Shown here piece by piece: positions 24,907 to 37,424 of a stretch of 64,000 bases of DNA. A program made the position numbers and the translations under genes. The notes below the pieces were generated by a model. It was given only the letters and a program-made list of their open reading frames with translations, was not told where the DNA came from and made no database searches. Positions within the stretch are counted from its first letter, which is position 1. Each line of letters starts with the position of its first letter. The stretch lies in contig NC_047075.1 of NCBI RefSeq assembly GCF_902459465.1, forward strand, positions 4,402,001 to 4,466,000. The letters are read 5' to 3'. The DNA is from Asterias rubens. Taxonomy: Eukaryota.

Positions 24907-25295
24907 TTAAAGGCATTGAACACTATTGGTAATTGTCAAAGACTAGCCTTCACAGTTAATGTATCTCAACATATGCATAAAATAACAAACATGTGAAAAT
25001 TTGAGCTCAATCGGTCATCGAAGTTGCGAGATAATAATGAAAGAAAAATAACCCTTGTCACACGAAGTTGTGTGCGTTTAGATGGTTGATTTCGAGACCT
25101 CAAGTTCTAAACTCGAGGTCTCGAAATCAAATTCGTGGAAAATTACTTCTTTCTCGAAAACTACATGTATGGCACTTCAGAGGGAGCCGTTTCTCAGTGT
25201 TTTATACCATCAACCTCTCCCATTACTTGTCACCAAGAAAGGTTTTATGCCAATAATTGTTTTTAGTAATTACCAATAGTGTCCACTGCCTTTAA
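24907..25295. mobile_element. TTAA-flanked MITE, family B
   Basis: TTAA|aggcattgaacactattggtaatt...aattaccaatagtgtccactgcct|TTAA; interior is the reverse complement of 394-770. Confidence 0.8.
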
Positions 25296-25426
25296 AACGA
25301 ATGGATGAGAAAGTGTAGATTCCAGGATAGAATGAACAAACCGAAGGCAAGTACATTGCAGTCACGAATCTACACTTTAGAGACTATTTCCCCCAAACTT
25401 GTACTTTGTCAAATGATGTTACATTA

Positions 25427-25570
25427 TACAATTGTTGCACGCTGTGACGGGGTCCATGGCGTTTTGTACACCCGAGGGGGAAAATGGCACCCGAGGCGAA
25501 GCCGAGGGTGCCAATTTCCCTGGAGGGTGTACAAAACCCATGGACCCCAGTCACAGCATGCAACAATTGT
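25427..25570. repeat. Imperfect palindrome of about 144 bp with the apex ccgaggcgaagccgagg
   Basis: acaattgttgcacgctgtgacggggtccatgg...ccatggaccccagtcacagcatgcaacaattgt; arms of about 65 bp. Confidence 0.8.
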
Positions 25571-28261
25571 CTTGTTGTACCTTATACCTTACGTTAACAT
25601 TATCATTCCTCTTCTCGAAGTTCTGTTGTCATCTTCAAACATTATTACGTCGGACTATTCATTGTTTAATAAGTAGACGAACAAGAGACAATTCCCTCGT
25701 ACCCGCGGTTGTTTCGTACACAGTGCTGTAAATCGACCAACGCTGGGAACGATCAAGGTGATGTACACCGGTGTGCATCACTTTTCATGTTACCCAGCCC
25801 GTCGAGCCATGTAACATGCGTATTTGTTGCACGGCACGTGATTGGTTCTTGACCAATCAAACTTCACAATTTGTACAGAGGTATAACAAGAACGTATGTC
25901 ACATTTCTGTTTTGCATAATTTATAAGCATACATGTACATTTCAAAGGTCACCAGGGGCATTGCGCCAATTGCCTTAATGAAAAATCAGGCCGGGTAAAC
26001 TCTGCCAATCTTGGAGGAATAGAAAAGGTAGTTTGAAATAACAGCTGAGGTACAGCTTTAGATGTGGTTAAAAACGAAAGTCAGGGACCGAGTGAAACTT
26101 GAAATAAACTTTTATTTCTTAACTTGTAAATTTGTGTCTTTTTCAGATAACAATCTGTACAGGTACAATTTCAAACTGAAATATCTAAACATCTCATCTG
26201 TCGAATATGAACTATAAAATAGTCCACCTTCCTCTAAGGGAGGTATACAATTAAATTGTAAGAATTTATTGTGACACCCCATGGCAAAACAACGTTTCTT
26301 GGAAATAGCAAAATGGTATTAAAAGTGAAGACAACTTAAATATCAGCCATGAAATCAACGTGATGTGAGGTTTCAAACATTTTATGCTGAGAAATACAAA
26401 CCTTATTGGCCTAAATTATGGGGGAAATGTTTAAAAAGCCCATTTTTGAAGTGGGAGGAACTGCCTTGTTTTGGCATGAAGCGTCACAATTGGAACAAGC
26501 TATTAAAATTTGTGTTAACTTCATTTGTAAAAACACATAGGTCAAGTATACTTTTTTAACAGATATATTTTTGTCATGGTTTTATGGTTAACTTAATTAA
26601 TACTAATTGATTTTGATTGAAAATTCACACAAAAAAATTAAATCCCTAATCATTCAGTGTAGAACATGCAACCTTTGTGTACAAAAAAGAGCGACTTTGT
26701 ACATTCCAGGGCACTTTCTGGCAGGCAAGGTACAACATCCATGTACACTGACCATATCAGAAATGTTTACATTCATGTGTCAAAACTTCCACATAAACTC
26801 AAAAGTTTTAACTTAAAGGCAATTCGAGGCATGCTTGTGATGTCATGGTCTGTACAATAATGGAACCACAAACTTTTTAATATTTACAAATCTAAGTTGT
26901 GCTTTAATTAGTTAGAAAAAAAAAGAAAACAATTCAGATTAAGAATTTCAAAACCCTGAATAATAAGACACAGGTGCCTTTTAAAAAGTTTATCTTATTT
27001 TTAACATCCTTTATTTTAGGACCTTATCAACTTATCCATCTTGGTGTTAATTTTGAATCTTGTGATCAGGGAAAGCGGATTTAAAACCCTTTCACATGGC
27101 AGTAATTTAACAAGGGTCCCTTGCTTAATTTTAGCATGGTTGCAAAATTTCAACAAATGCACCTGGTGTGAACGGACAATATTGTTTTGACTGTCTATAA
27201 AGTATGGACACAATTTCTCAAGGGACCTCGGACAGTCCAAACATTGTCGCCCTTTCACACGAAGTGCAGGCTTGCTCAAATTAAGCAAGGGACTCCTGCT
27301 AAACTGTTGTGTGAAAAGGGCTCTAGATTGCATACTCTCAGTACTACTACTAATGTTTAATGTGCCTTGCAGATGTTTTACTCTTGGAGTAGCTTGGGAG
27401 TAGCTTGTATTCTAAAATGATTGTGTTTAACGTTAAACCTACAGTCTGGCGACTATAAATTAATTTTTCTAGTTACAGCCGCCCGTTGTTTGTGTACTGT
27501 TTCTTATGAAGTCATGGGAGTGGTTTAGTGTTGTAGCCACGGTGGGGGTTGCTGGGCGGGCCTGCCCTGGGGTCGATTTCACAAGAGTAAGGACTTGTCC
27601 TAGGAGATATTAAGACCTTAAACCTAGTCCTAAGTTAGGACGAGTAACTAGTCCTTACTCGAGATAATACTAGTCTTGAAACAATTTTGCACAGCACTCC
27701 GAGCAAAATACATTGTGCCGTCCAGCACAGATTTCTCCCAGATATCCACAAGTTGCTTAAGGAACAATAGCAACAAAACCTTTGAAAATCCCTCTATAGT
27801 GCAAAACTCGATGTTTGAAAACGGTAATAACCAAGATGATGACCAATGCAATAGTAAATTGGTCTTTGACAACTACTTCTGTCAAGATGCTTTAATACTT
27901 ATTCACATTTCCAAATACTTTTTCCAGAGCCACGTTTTCTGCTTGGCTGTAGACGTCCAGCCTTGGTGTTCCATGGCTATACATCTAATGCAGATGAGCG
28001 CTCTCAAACTTTGTATCACTTCCAAGGGAATAATCATTCATACCAAAACAGTTACTAAAGACTGGAACACATTACCACCACAGTTACTAAAGACTGTTAC
28101 TAAAGACTGAAACACATTACCACCACAGATATCATATCCACCAAGGACAATAACACATTTAAAGTATACCCCGGGAAGTGATACAAAAATAATACTAATT
28201 AGAGCGCCCTCATGCGGTCAAAAATACAACGCACTGAAGTATTTCCTTTTTTAATCCTGAA

Positions 28262-31200
28262 TCAGGGTTGACTTTTACAGCACTGCCATGTACCAACGAC
28301 CTCCCAGTCGCTTGAAGCGTTGTCCAAGCGATGAATTCCAACTCCAGAAACTAAAGTTTGAAGGGAAATAAGAAAAGTTTAGTTTTTATGAATTGCATAT
28401 ACAATGGAAAGTATTATACAGACAAAATAAAGCAGTATTTTTTTAAGGGATATAAATTGTACATCACTGGTCAGAAAGGTACATCTGCGAGTTAAACAAA
28501 CAACAATATAATATAGGCCTATTAATTATTTAAACAAAAGCTTCATATCATATTGACATAACAAAGCACTGTACCGTTACAAATCCACAAATTATTCAGA
28601 CATATAGATTAAAGCAATAAAAAACAACAATTTATTACAAAGTTACAGTTGACTTTTGCGATTTCCCATGAATGTAAGTAAGGAAGTGTCAAGAAGCTAT
28701 AACTGACTTTCCTTTTCCGCTCAGAAAGTCTGTTTAAAATTAATATTATTTAATGGAAAAATGCTCTCCCTATCACATGGACATCACAAAGTGCTTGACA
28801 ATTAAAAATCCAGGAAGAAGGCCAAAGCAAAATCCATGTATATGACAAAAAAATATATAATACACAATGCACAGCTAGTTAGCCTGTGTGGGGCAAAAGG
28901 TCAACACAACACATGGATATAGCCATACACAAGTTTACAATGATTCAATCGGCCCCAAAAATTACAATATTTCTGGAATAAAATAAGAATATGATGCAAA
29001 GTAGTACACAAATAGCTCTATCACACTATCCCTCCAAAATGAATAGTACAGCCAAAGCCACTCTGCCAAAAGGAGCCAAAGCCACTCTGCCAAAAGGAGC
29101 CAAAGCCACTCTGCCAAAAGGAGCCAAAGCCACTCTGCCAAAAGGAGCCAAAGCCACTCTGCCAAAAGGAGCCAAAGCCACTCTGCCAAAAGGATATAAC
29201 ATGTACAGGCCTGATACTTCACGGAGGCAACTGAGGCGATTGCCTCCGTTGCCCCTTGCCATTGCCTTGGTGCCCTTGAAATGCTCCAGTAGAAATTTGC
29301 AATTTCATTATAGGGTGCCCTTTGCCAAAGAGAAAATGCCGCGGTGCCCTTGCCCTTTAAAAAACGAAGCATACAGGCCTGCGTGTATGTATGCTTTCTG
29401 AGTTTTTGTGGCCAAACTGGGAGAAAATTCCTTTATGGCATTTCCCATAACGTGAACTGTCGACTTACCTCCCCACGTATCGTTCCATTGGCTGGAGGCG
29501 AAGACTACCTCTCTAAGCTCCATCTCTAAGAGGATTTCCTCGCTGAGACTCGTGGACGGAACGAACGACTCGCTATCCCTTGCGGCATCCAAGACATCGG
29601 GCTTGATGGCGAACCACGACTCACCAAAGTCGTGGCTTCGCATTATGGCTAGGCCATGGTGTGAGAGGGCGTAGAGGGTGTTTGTGAGAGGGTCCACACC
29701 CAGGAGGTTTCCCACAGTCGAATGAAGGGCTGTCGTGTTAAACGATAGATTGACAATTGAAATGAACTTCTAGTTAGTGGTAGTTGGAAAATTGTTGTTG
29801 CTGTCCGCAACAGTTTAAGTAATGTTGTGAATTGAATTGCTGTATAAGGGAAGAAATAAAATATACTATTGTCCAACTTTATGTCGGGGCAATATTTGAT
29901 TTGTGACTTGACTCGACTTGCACAAATTTGACTTTTGACTGACTTGACAGTTTGGGAAAATTTGACTTGTAACTTAACTTGACTTGACTTGCCAAAAGAA
30001 AAAAGAAAAATGGGTAAAAGTCACCTGGAAATGGAATTTTTTTCTTTCAAACATAAGAGTATATGCTTACGAACAATAAAACATTTTTTTTAGTATTTGT
30101 TTGTCACGATTTATATGTTTAAAAAAATATATAAAGTTGTTTGGGGGCTGACTCCGCCTACCCCTTTTGTGACGTCAATCCAGGCAGACTTTGCCTGCAA
30201 TGCGTATAGTAAACACACGTGCAAAGTACATGTACATCCAAGTGAGTTGGTACATTTCAAAAAGTGTTTTTCTGTATTCAGCAGCAATACACCTGGTCGG
30301 CATTTTTGTTTTTAAACGTACAAACTCACGACTTGGTCCTTACATGTACTTTGCAATTGTGTTTACTCTATGCATTACAGGCAAAGTCTGCCTCGATTGA
30401 CGTCACGAACAGCACCCTCTCGGGTCGGGGTCTACTCTTAAATTTGTAAATAACATAAGAACTGATTTTTTAAAACCTTAGTTGACTGTTTATTCACATT
30501 CCACTCATCAAAACACATATTATTAGTGACAAAAGCTTTATTTTGAAAAAATACCACTTCCAGGTGACTTTAATACCATGGAGAAAGTAATACCAACCTC
30601 TCCAATGTGTTGTCTCATAGATCTTTTCAGGCTCGACACATCCACAAGCGCAAGAGCAAACCTCAACCTCTTCTATACAGAGGCAAGACCCGATCCTGTG
30701 GCTCCAGTCCAAGAAGGTGCAGCTCTGATTGATGATAAGCTCTGGGTGATGGAAACATTCACAGCTGCAGTTGCAAGTTCTGGGCTCTTCGCATGTGGTG
30801 TTGTCACAGACCTGCAAGCAGTTGTTGAAGGCTGACGAGTTGTCGCAGTGGAATTGGCACGTTGTTAAGTTTGCGTATTGAGGGAGTGCGCATTTATCGG
30901 AGCATTTCGCAGGCGTCACCACTGAGCTATGGTTTACGACAGTTACGTTTGTGGAATCGCAGCTGCCGGTGGTTACATTTGAGCATGTTGTATTTGGAGC
31001 TGATGCATTCTCACTATCCGCGCCCTCGATAGTAGAGTTGTTGATAGTAGAGTTGTTCTGGCTTTCTATTGTCCCATTTGCTTGGCTATGACCAGGCATA
31101 CCATCCTGCCTGTGGGAGCAGCCTGAAGTGTTTGATGAGCTGCAGTAGTTCACGGTGTTGTTACAATCAGCGAAACACTCCCTGTGGACGTCAGGTCTTA

Positions 31201-34200
31201 CTTGCTCACAGATCCCAACACAGTTACCAGAGCAGGAATTGATACAGGATTCCAGTGAGTTACGTGTGGTAGATGTTGAACGACTGGTAGAGTTGCTTAT
31301 GGTAGAATTGGAACAGGTGGTAGAGTTATTTATGGTACAATTTGAGCAACCAGGAGAGTTGCACATGGTAGAATTTAAACTAGTAGAGTTGGATGAGTCA
31401 GTTTCATTGTAATAACCTGTTTCCATATTCTCCAAGTTGGCCGACTCAAGTGTGCAGTTTCTTTGTGTACCATTAGAGCTGCTGTAGTTATTACACTGGA
31501 CATCACAGATCTGAAGAAGAAGGCTACAATTTTGCAAGCAGCTTTGGTAGTGTAGATACTGCATGTTGCTTACACAAACTGGGTACTCGTAGTCCATTGG
31601 GCCGACTGTGTTGGATTCATTAGTTGCATCAGGCCACTCGGTCGTGTTGCTCTGCAGTTGTGTCTGGTTGACGCTGCCAGTCGTAACATTCTCTGCATCT
31701 GCAGAGTCGTTGATGCTTCTTCTGTGTAGTCTGTGACCAGAATTGGATGGTTGTCGACTTTCCGTTTGAGGCTTGGCTGCCAATTTCCGATTTATGAAAT
31801 CAATGACATAATTTAAAAATTTCTTGCCATAACCCGGTCTATCTTCAGTATCACCTCCTCCACCTAGTGCAGAGTCTATCCAGCCCGAAAAGAACCTGGA
31901 CGGTTCAGATGATGGTGATATCTGTTCTTCCTTACCAGTAGTCGTCAAGGTGCTAGACATCCTCATGGTATGCGATTCTCGACGAAACTCACCTTCTTTC
32001 AAATCCGAGGTTTGGATTCGAGTCTGACTACCTTGCTTTCTCAATTTCTTAACAGAATCCTTTAACAACAGCCTACTGTATGCCTCTATTCCTTTAGTTT
32101 TCCTAATGTGCTCTTTTATGTATCTCCGCTTCATCTGGTCATGGATTATGATATTGGGGATGTATGTCTTCCTTGGATGACCATTAAATCCTCCAAGGCC
32201 TGTATAAAGAAGCTCAACAGGCAAACTTCTTCGCCTCCTCTGGTGACCAACACACAAGTTTGAATACTCGGAGCAGTTTTCCTGAGAGGTGCAGTTTGAA
32301 GATATAAACTCTTGCAGGCAAGCTTGGGTACAGTTTGCAGCACTACAGTTTGCATTCTCCAAACATGTCTCATTAGAAGCATTGTGACAAGGACTGAGGC
32401 AAATGTGGTAAGCTGTACAGTTTGGATGAATGTTGTTGTCTCCCGAAGTGCCCTTGATTGCTGTTGTGTTGTTGTAGGGTGCTCTTGAGCAGTTGGCATA
32501 GCTCTCCTGACAAGTTGGTAGGCAATCAGGACACGATGTGCAGTTTGTGCATTCAAAGTCACAGTCAGCTTTGCTGCCTTGACAGTCTCTTGTGCACTGG
32601 TTGAGGAATGTTAAGGTATGGCAACTTGTGTAGCACTTGTGATGATCATAAACACACTGATTGGCACAGGTTTCAAAACATTCTGTGTCATTGAGGCATT
32701 CTTCACAGTTATCAAGACAGATATAAAGAGAGCTATTGCAGGACGATACACAAGTGTTGAATGACTGGTACATCATGCAGAAGCTTTTGCATGTCTCATT
32801 TTTAGTTTCAGTACTACAGGAAACAGCAGTGGTGTCATTTGAAGTGGTGTTATATGTCTCACTGGCATTACAAACTCTGACCTCTGACATTGATTCATTC
32901 AGGTCCAACTCGGAACATCTGTCGAAAGAGCAGTTCTGCAAGTCTGTCCAATTGGCAAAGTTCAGATCCATGCAAAAAGAATACCCAAGACTGCAGTTCA
33001 GGACACAATGAGCGCCAACATCGGCACCGGATGAATTGTCTCTTGAGCAGTTCTGCGCACATTTTGTAAAAGTCTCTTTGCAAAGCTTGACTTCGCCTGG
33101 AAGACAGAGCTCACTGCACACCTCCTCACTTGAGGAGCAGTTGGTCTGGCAGCTATCGGTACAACTACAGAAAGTGCAGTTGTCGAGACAGGTTGACCGA
33201 CTGTCTTCGCATGAAACTGGGAAGCATATCCCCAGACACGTCGACTTCTCGCTGTTACATTTCCAATGGCAGTCATCTCGACAGTCCAGGCAGTCGAGGC
33301 AAGTTTCAAAACATACATCATTCACTTCTTCACAGGGTAAACTGCAATTCTCAAACACCAGGTCGTATGTGCACTCGTATGTGCACACTTGGTAGATCTG
33401 ACCACAATCCTGATAACAACCCAAGGACTCATTGAGCACCACTGATGTGTTTTGCATCACACAGTGGTCGGTGCAATTCTCAAACTCTGTCAAACAGGTG
33501 TTGGAGCAGTTGGCAAAGACATATGGAAAAGTGGTTCTGCACTCCTTGACACAATGGCCTGTCTTTGAAGTCGAGGACGTTGTCAAACTTGATGCTGTGC
33601 TTCCTAGAACTAGTTGAGTAGTGTATGTTGAACTACTGCCAACAGGAATGGGAGTCGTAGTAGAAGCGGGAGTAGTAGAGTTTGGCAAGTCAGTTGGTAG
33701 TGTTTCTGTAGGAGTACCTGAGGTACTGTTAAAGCTGCTTGTGTTCTCATGTTGGGTCCAGTTGGAACAACTGGACATGCAATCGGAGAAGCCGCCCTCA
33801 AATGTTCTATTCAATGTTGCATTGCTGTAACCATAAGCATAGGTGTGACACTGCGCTGAACAGTTATCGCTGAAACCAGTCTCTGGAAAGCAGATGTCTG
33901 AGCAGCTTCTGATACTGAGCAAGTCAAAACAAGGGACAAGGCAACCAATGCTCGTGGCAACACAACCTTCTAGGCAAGTCACATTCAGAAATGTCCTTGT
34001 ACTGGATTCTGAAGTGTTGACTGGTCCACTAGATGTGTTTTGGAATCTGGTGATATTGACTGTCAGGTTCTGGAGGCATCCAGGTAGACATTCAGTAAAG
34101 TCCGCACTACAGGTCTCAGTACATGTATTCACAGGATCAACTGTAGGCTCAATGCATCCAGTCATACAGCTATTAGTTGCAGCACTGCAGTTTGACCCGC

Positions 34201-37200
34201 AACCATCAAGGCATATTGCCTCACATCCACAGCAAGAAGACGAACAGTTTGAATACTGACGGAAGCAAGGCTCCTCACATGGGCACTGATCTCTACAATC
34301 TTCAAGGAACCCACCACAGTCTGTGTGACAGTTAACCATTTCAACAGAGCAGTTAACTGGGGTGAGCGGCAAGGTTGTTGGTGCCATAGTAGAGCTGATA
34401 TTCCTCGCTTCAGTACAGTTTCTTATTAGTTCTTGACAGGTTGAACTGTTGGAAGTACCATTACAAACTACAGACTCATTGAAGCAGTTATTCCCATAGG
34501 TCTGATTTCGTGGGATAGTTTGGTTCCTGTCTCTATGGGCACTGGCAGTTACATTACAGTTGCCAGACTGATTGAGGCAATTAGATCCGTTGTCTGAACC
34601 CACGGTTTGATTCCCTGCACTTGTCTGGTTCCTGTCTCCATAGGCACTGGCAGTTACATTACAGTTACCAGACTCATTGAGGCAATTTGTTCCATTGTCT
34701 GATTCTAATGTCTGATTTGGAAGACTATATCCTCCACATGGATGGCAGTCCTGTCTACATGTTTTAAGCCGTATGTCACAATTGGGCCGACAATTCACAA
34801 ACGGCATGATACAGTCCAGGTTACATCCGTCGAACTGATCTGCACAGGAGAAGCTACATGCTTGAAGGCAGCCAAAGTCTGCTGCACAAACATCTGTGCA
34901 GTTCTCAACACAAAATCCACGATTCAATACGCAGTCCTCGAGACAGCAATGCTCATCACAGGCCTCAAATGTCGAAAAGCAAATTGAGGAGCACTGGCTA
35001 TGGCACACGGTGTCAAGACCAAGGGAGCAATCTTCAATTAGCTTGCTACTACAATTCTGAGCTTGACTTGTGTTCCAACTTGTGCAGTTTCCGCTTGTGC
35101 AATTTGTGGAAGTCGAGTATAAATGTTCATCTACTGTTTCGTTCTTGGATGTTGTATTGCCTGATGAATAATCTGTACAGTTGACAGCTTCTATTGTAAC
35201 CTCACAGATCTCCAAGGCACAAGTCTGGTTACAGTTTCCTTCACAGTAGCTCAGCTCATGGTTGCAGTCCGCTGTACAAGGTACGATCGGAGGGTCGCAG
35301 TCTGTGCTGCAGGAGTCAAAGGTCATTATGCAGACATTCTGACAACCAGACGAGCAGATGTCATCCTCCTTACAGGTATACAGACAGTTATCAACACAGA
35401 TGGTTTGATTGAATCCACAGTCATCCATACAGCAACCCTTTCGGCAACGGTCCTCAACGCGGACGCAATCCCAGTCGCAAATCTCTGTACAGTTCACCTC
35501 AACACCGGGGTAGTGTACCTCCTTCTGACCCTTGCAAACCCCCTCGCAGACCTCCTGGCATGCACCCCTGTCAGAGGTGCAGTTATCAGTGCATGTGTCG
35601 GGTGGTTTGACGCAGTCGAATGCACATACTCCGTGCGTGAGAGAGCAATCTAAGGTGCAGTTGTAATCGGAGGTGCAGTTGTAATCTGAGGTGCAGTTGT
35701 GATCTGAGGTGCAATTCATCGAGCCAACGTCCCCTGCTAATGTGCAGTTGCTGCAATCAAGGAGACACCCATCTGAAACGGAACTGCAAGAGTCTAGACA
35801 GCATTCTTGGGTACAGTTTAAGTGATTGCCTGTGCAATCAGAGAGGCAGGCTTGTAGCTGATTGTAGGTACAGGATGTGCAGTTGTGACAGGTGTCCTCA
35901 CATGCTGATTGTATCTGCAAATCGAGACAAGAAAAAAAGAAGATAAATTACCAACTGACAGATTTGCAAGAAACAGGGAAAAAATAGACACAATTTCTTG
36001 GCTCTGATGCCCCCAGAATTCTGTGTTTAAAACGTCATTCTCCGTTTACTGTGCAAGCGCCGAATTTCTGCGCTAGTTATTTAAGCGAAGAATACCTACC
36101 TAGAGTACACACAGGCACAAGCAACAGCTCCCTGCTACCGTTTGCACAGATTCCATGTTAGCTTTTCTACAATTATGTAGGATTTAAACAATCAAAATCT
36201 TCCAAAGCCGAAGCTATACATTGCCATGAAATAGTTTTTTGTTATCAAAAGAATAGAAAATCAAACCTCTAAGCAGTCTGGAACACAGCCACAGGAGCAG
36301 TTTTCAGGCTTGGGTTCAAACTGTGAGCAGTTTTCTCCAAGGGTCAGGTCCCAGACGTAAGTACAGTTGCAGAAGTCATCACAGGTTGGTGGTAATTCCA
36401 CCTCGTAGGCCGGTAGGTTACCCGTCATGAAGCATCCTCCTTCATAACTGCAGTGGGGCGGAGAAGTTCAGGGTTGGAAACAATTTATATCAATTACCAA
36501 TTTAATTCTGTAAATTGTAAATTTTATTCTTGTTGTCTATATTTGCTATGCCTTTCTTGTATGTATTGTAGAGTCTCCTTTACACAGGGAAGACAAATTT
36601 CATGTTTTTTATCATGACAATAAAATATTTTAAGTTTTAATCTTTAATCTTTAATAGAAGTTAACATTTGCTTTGGGATGATTAATTTAGTTGGTTAAGT
36701 ATCCTTACACAAATATGTTTTCAGCACTATATACTTTCGTAACTGCAGTGGGGCGGAGAACTTCAGGGTGGGAAACAACTCATTATCACTTATTATGTTT
36801 TAAGCACGGAATACGCGGTTCTTCCCAAGGGTTCTGTAAAAAAAATCACTTGGTGGGATTGGAGCCCACGACCTTTGCATTGCTAGAGCAGATGTCTTCC
36901 CACTAGTCCATTGGCTTGAGGAAGTTTGAATACTTAGAAGCGGCTACAAGGACTTATAGATTTCCTTTTCCTTTTTTCCGGTTCGAATCCCACCTGAATG
37001 ATATGAGTGGGGATTTTTTTGTTCAAAGGACGGAAAAAAGGGTTTATTTTTCTCCACTATTTAATGGGATTGAGGGTGATTTTTGTCAAAACCATTTAAC
37101 ATGTTTAACCATAAATCTACTAAAATTTATTTCACTATTAGCTTGCATATAATAAAAGATACAGTGTACAACCATTTGAAAAACTGTTAATGTGGTGGAT

Positions 37201-37371
37201 GCAGAGTAAAACCGTAAGAACTCTGTTAATGCAAAGTGTTATAAAACTCACAAATGCTTGGTGTTGTTGTAGAAACAGGCATACATTATATTGTGCTGTT
37301 CATCATACAAAGCGCTGTATGTTGATAACTTGAGATCTAAATGTGAGAAAGATACGAGGAAAAAAAAAATG

Positions 37372-37424
<53 letters not shown>

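Noticed and set aside
28962-29401. ORFs with WLLLAEWL, KATLPKGA and GRVALAPF repeats, and a possible CRISPR-like array
   Set aside because: All come from a 6x24-bp head-to-tail minisatellite with no spacers, in an intron; the context is eukaryotic with no cas genes.
30494-30597. ORF-track C-terminus GWYYFLHG...LMSGM as a hydrophobic tail of the Cys-rich protein
   Set aside because: A donor at 30597 joins two further in-frame exons with protein-like sequence, so this is probably intron read-through. An alternative terminal isoform is not excluded.
30578-35946. Many short + strand and alternate-frame ORFs over the giant exon
   Set aside because: They are shadow ORFs of the long coding exon, with no independent motifs.
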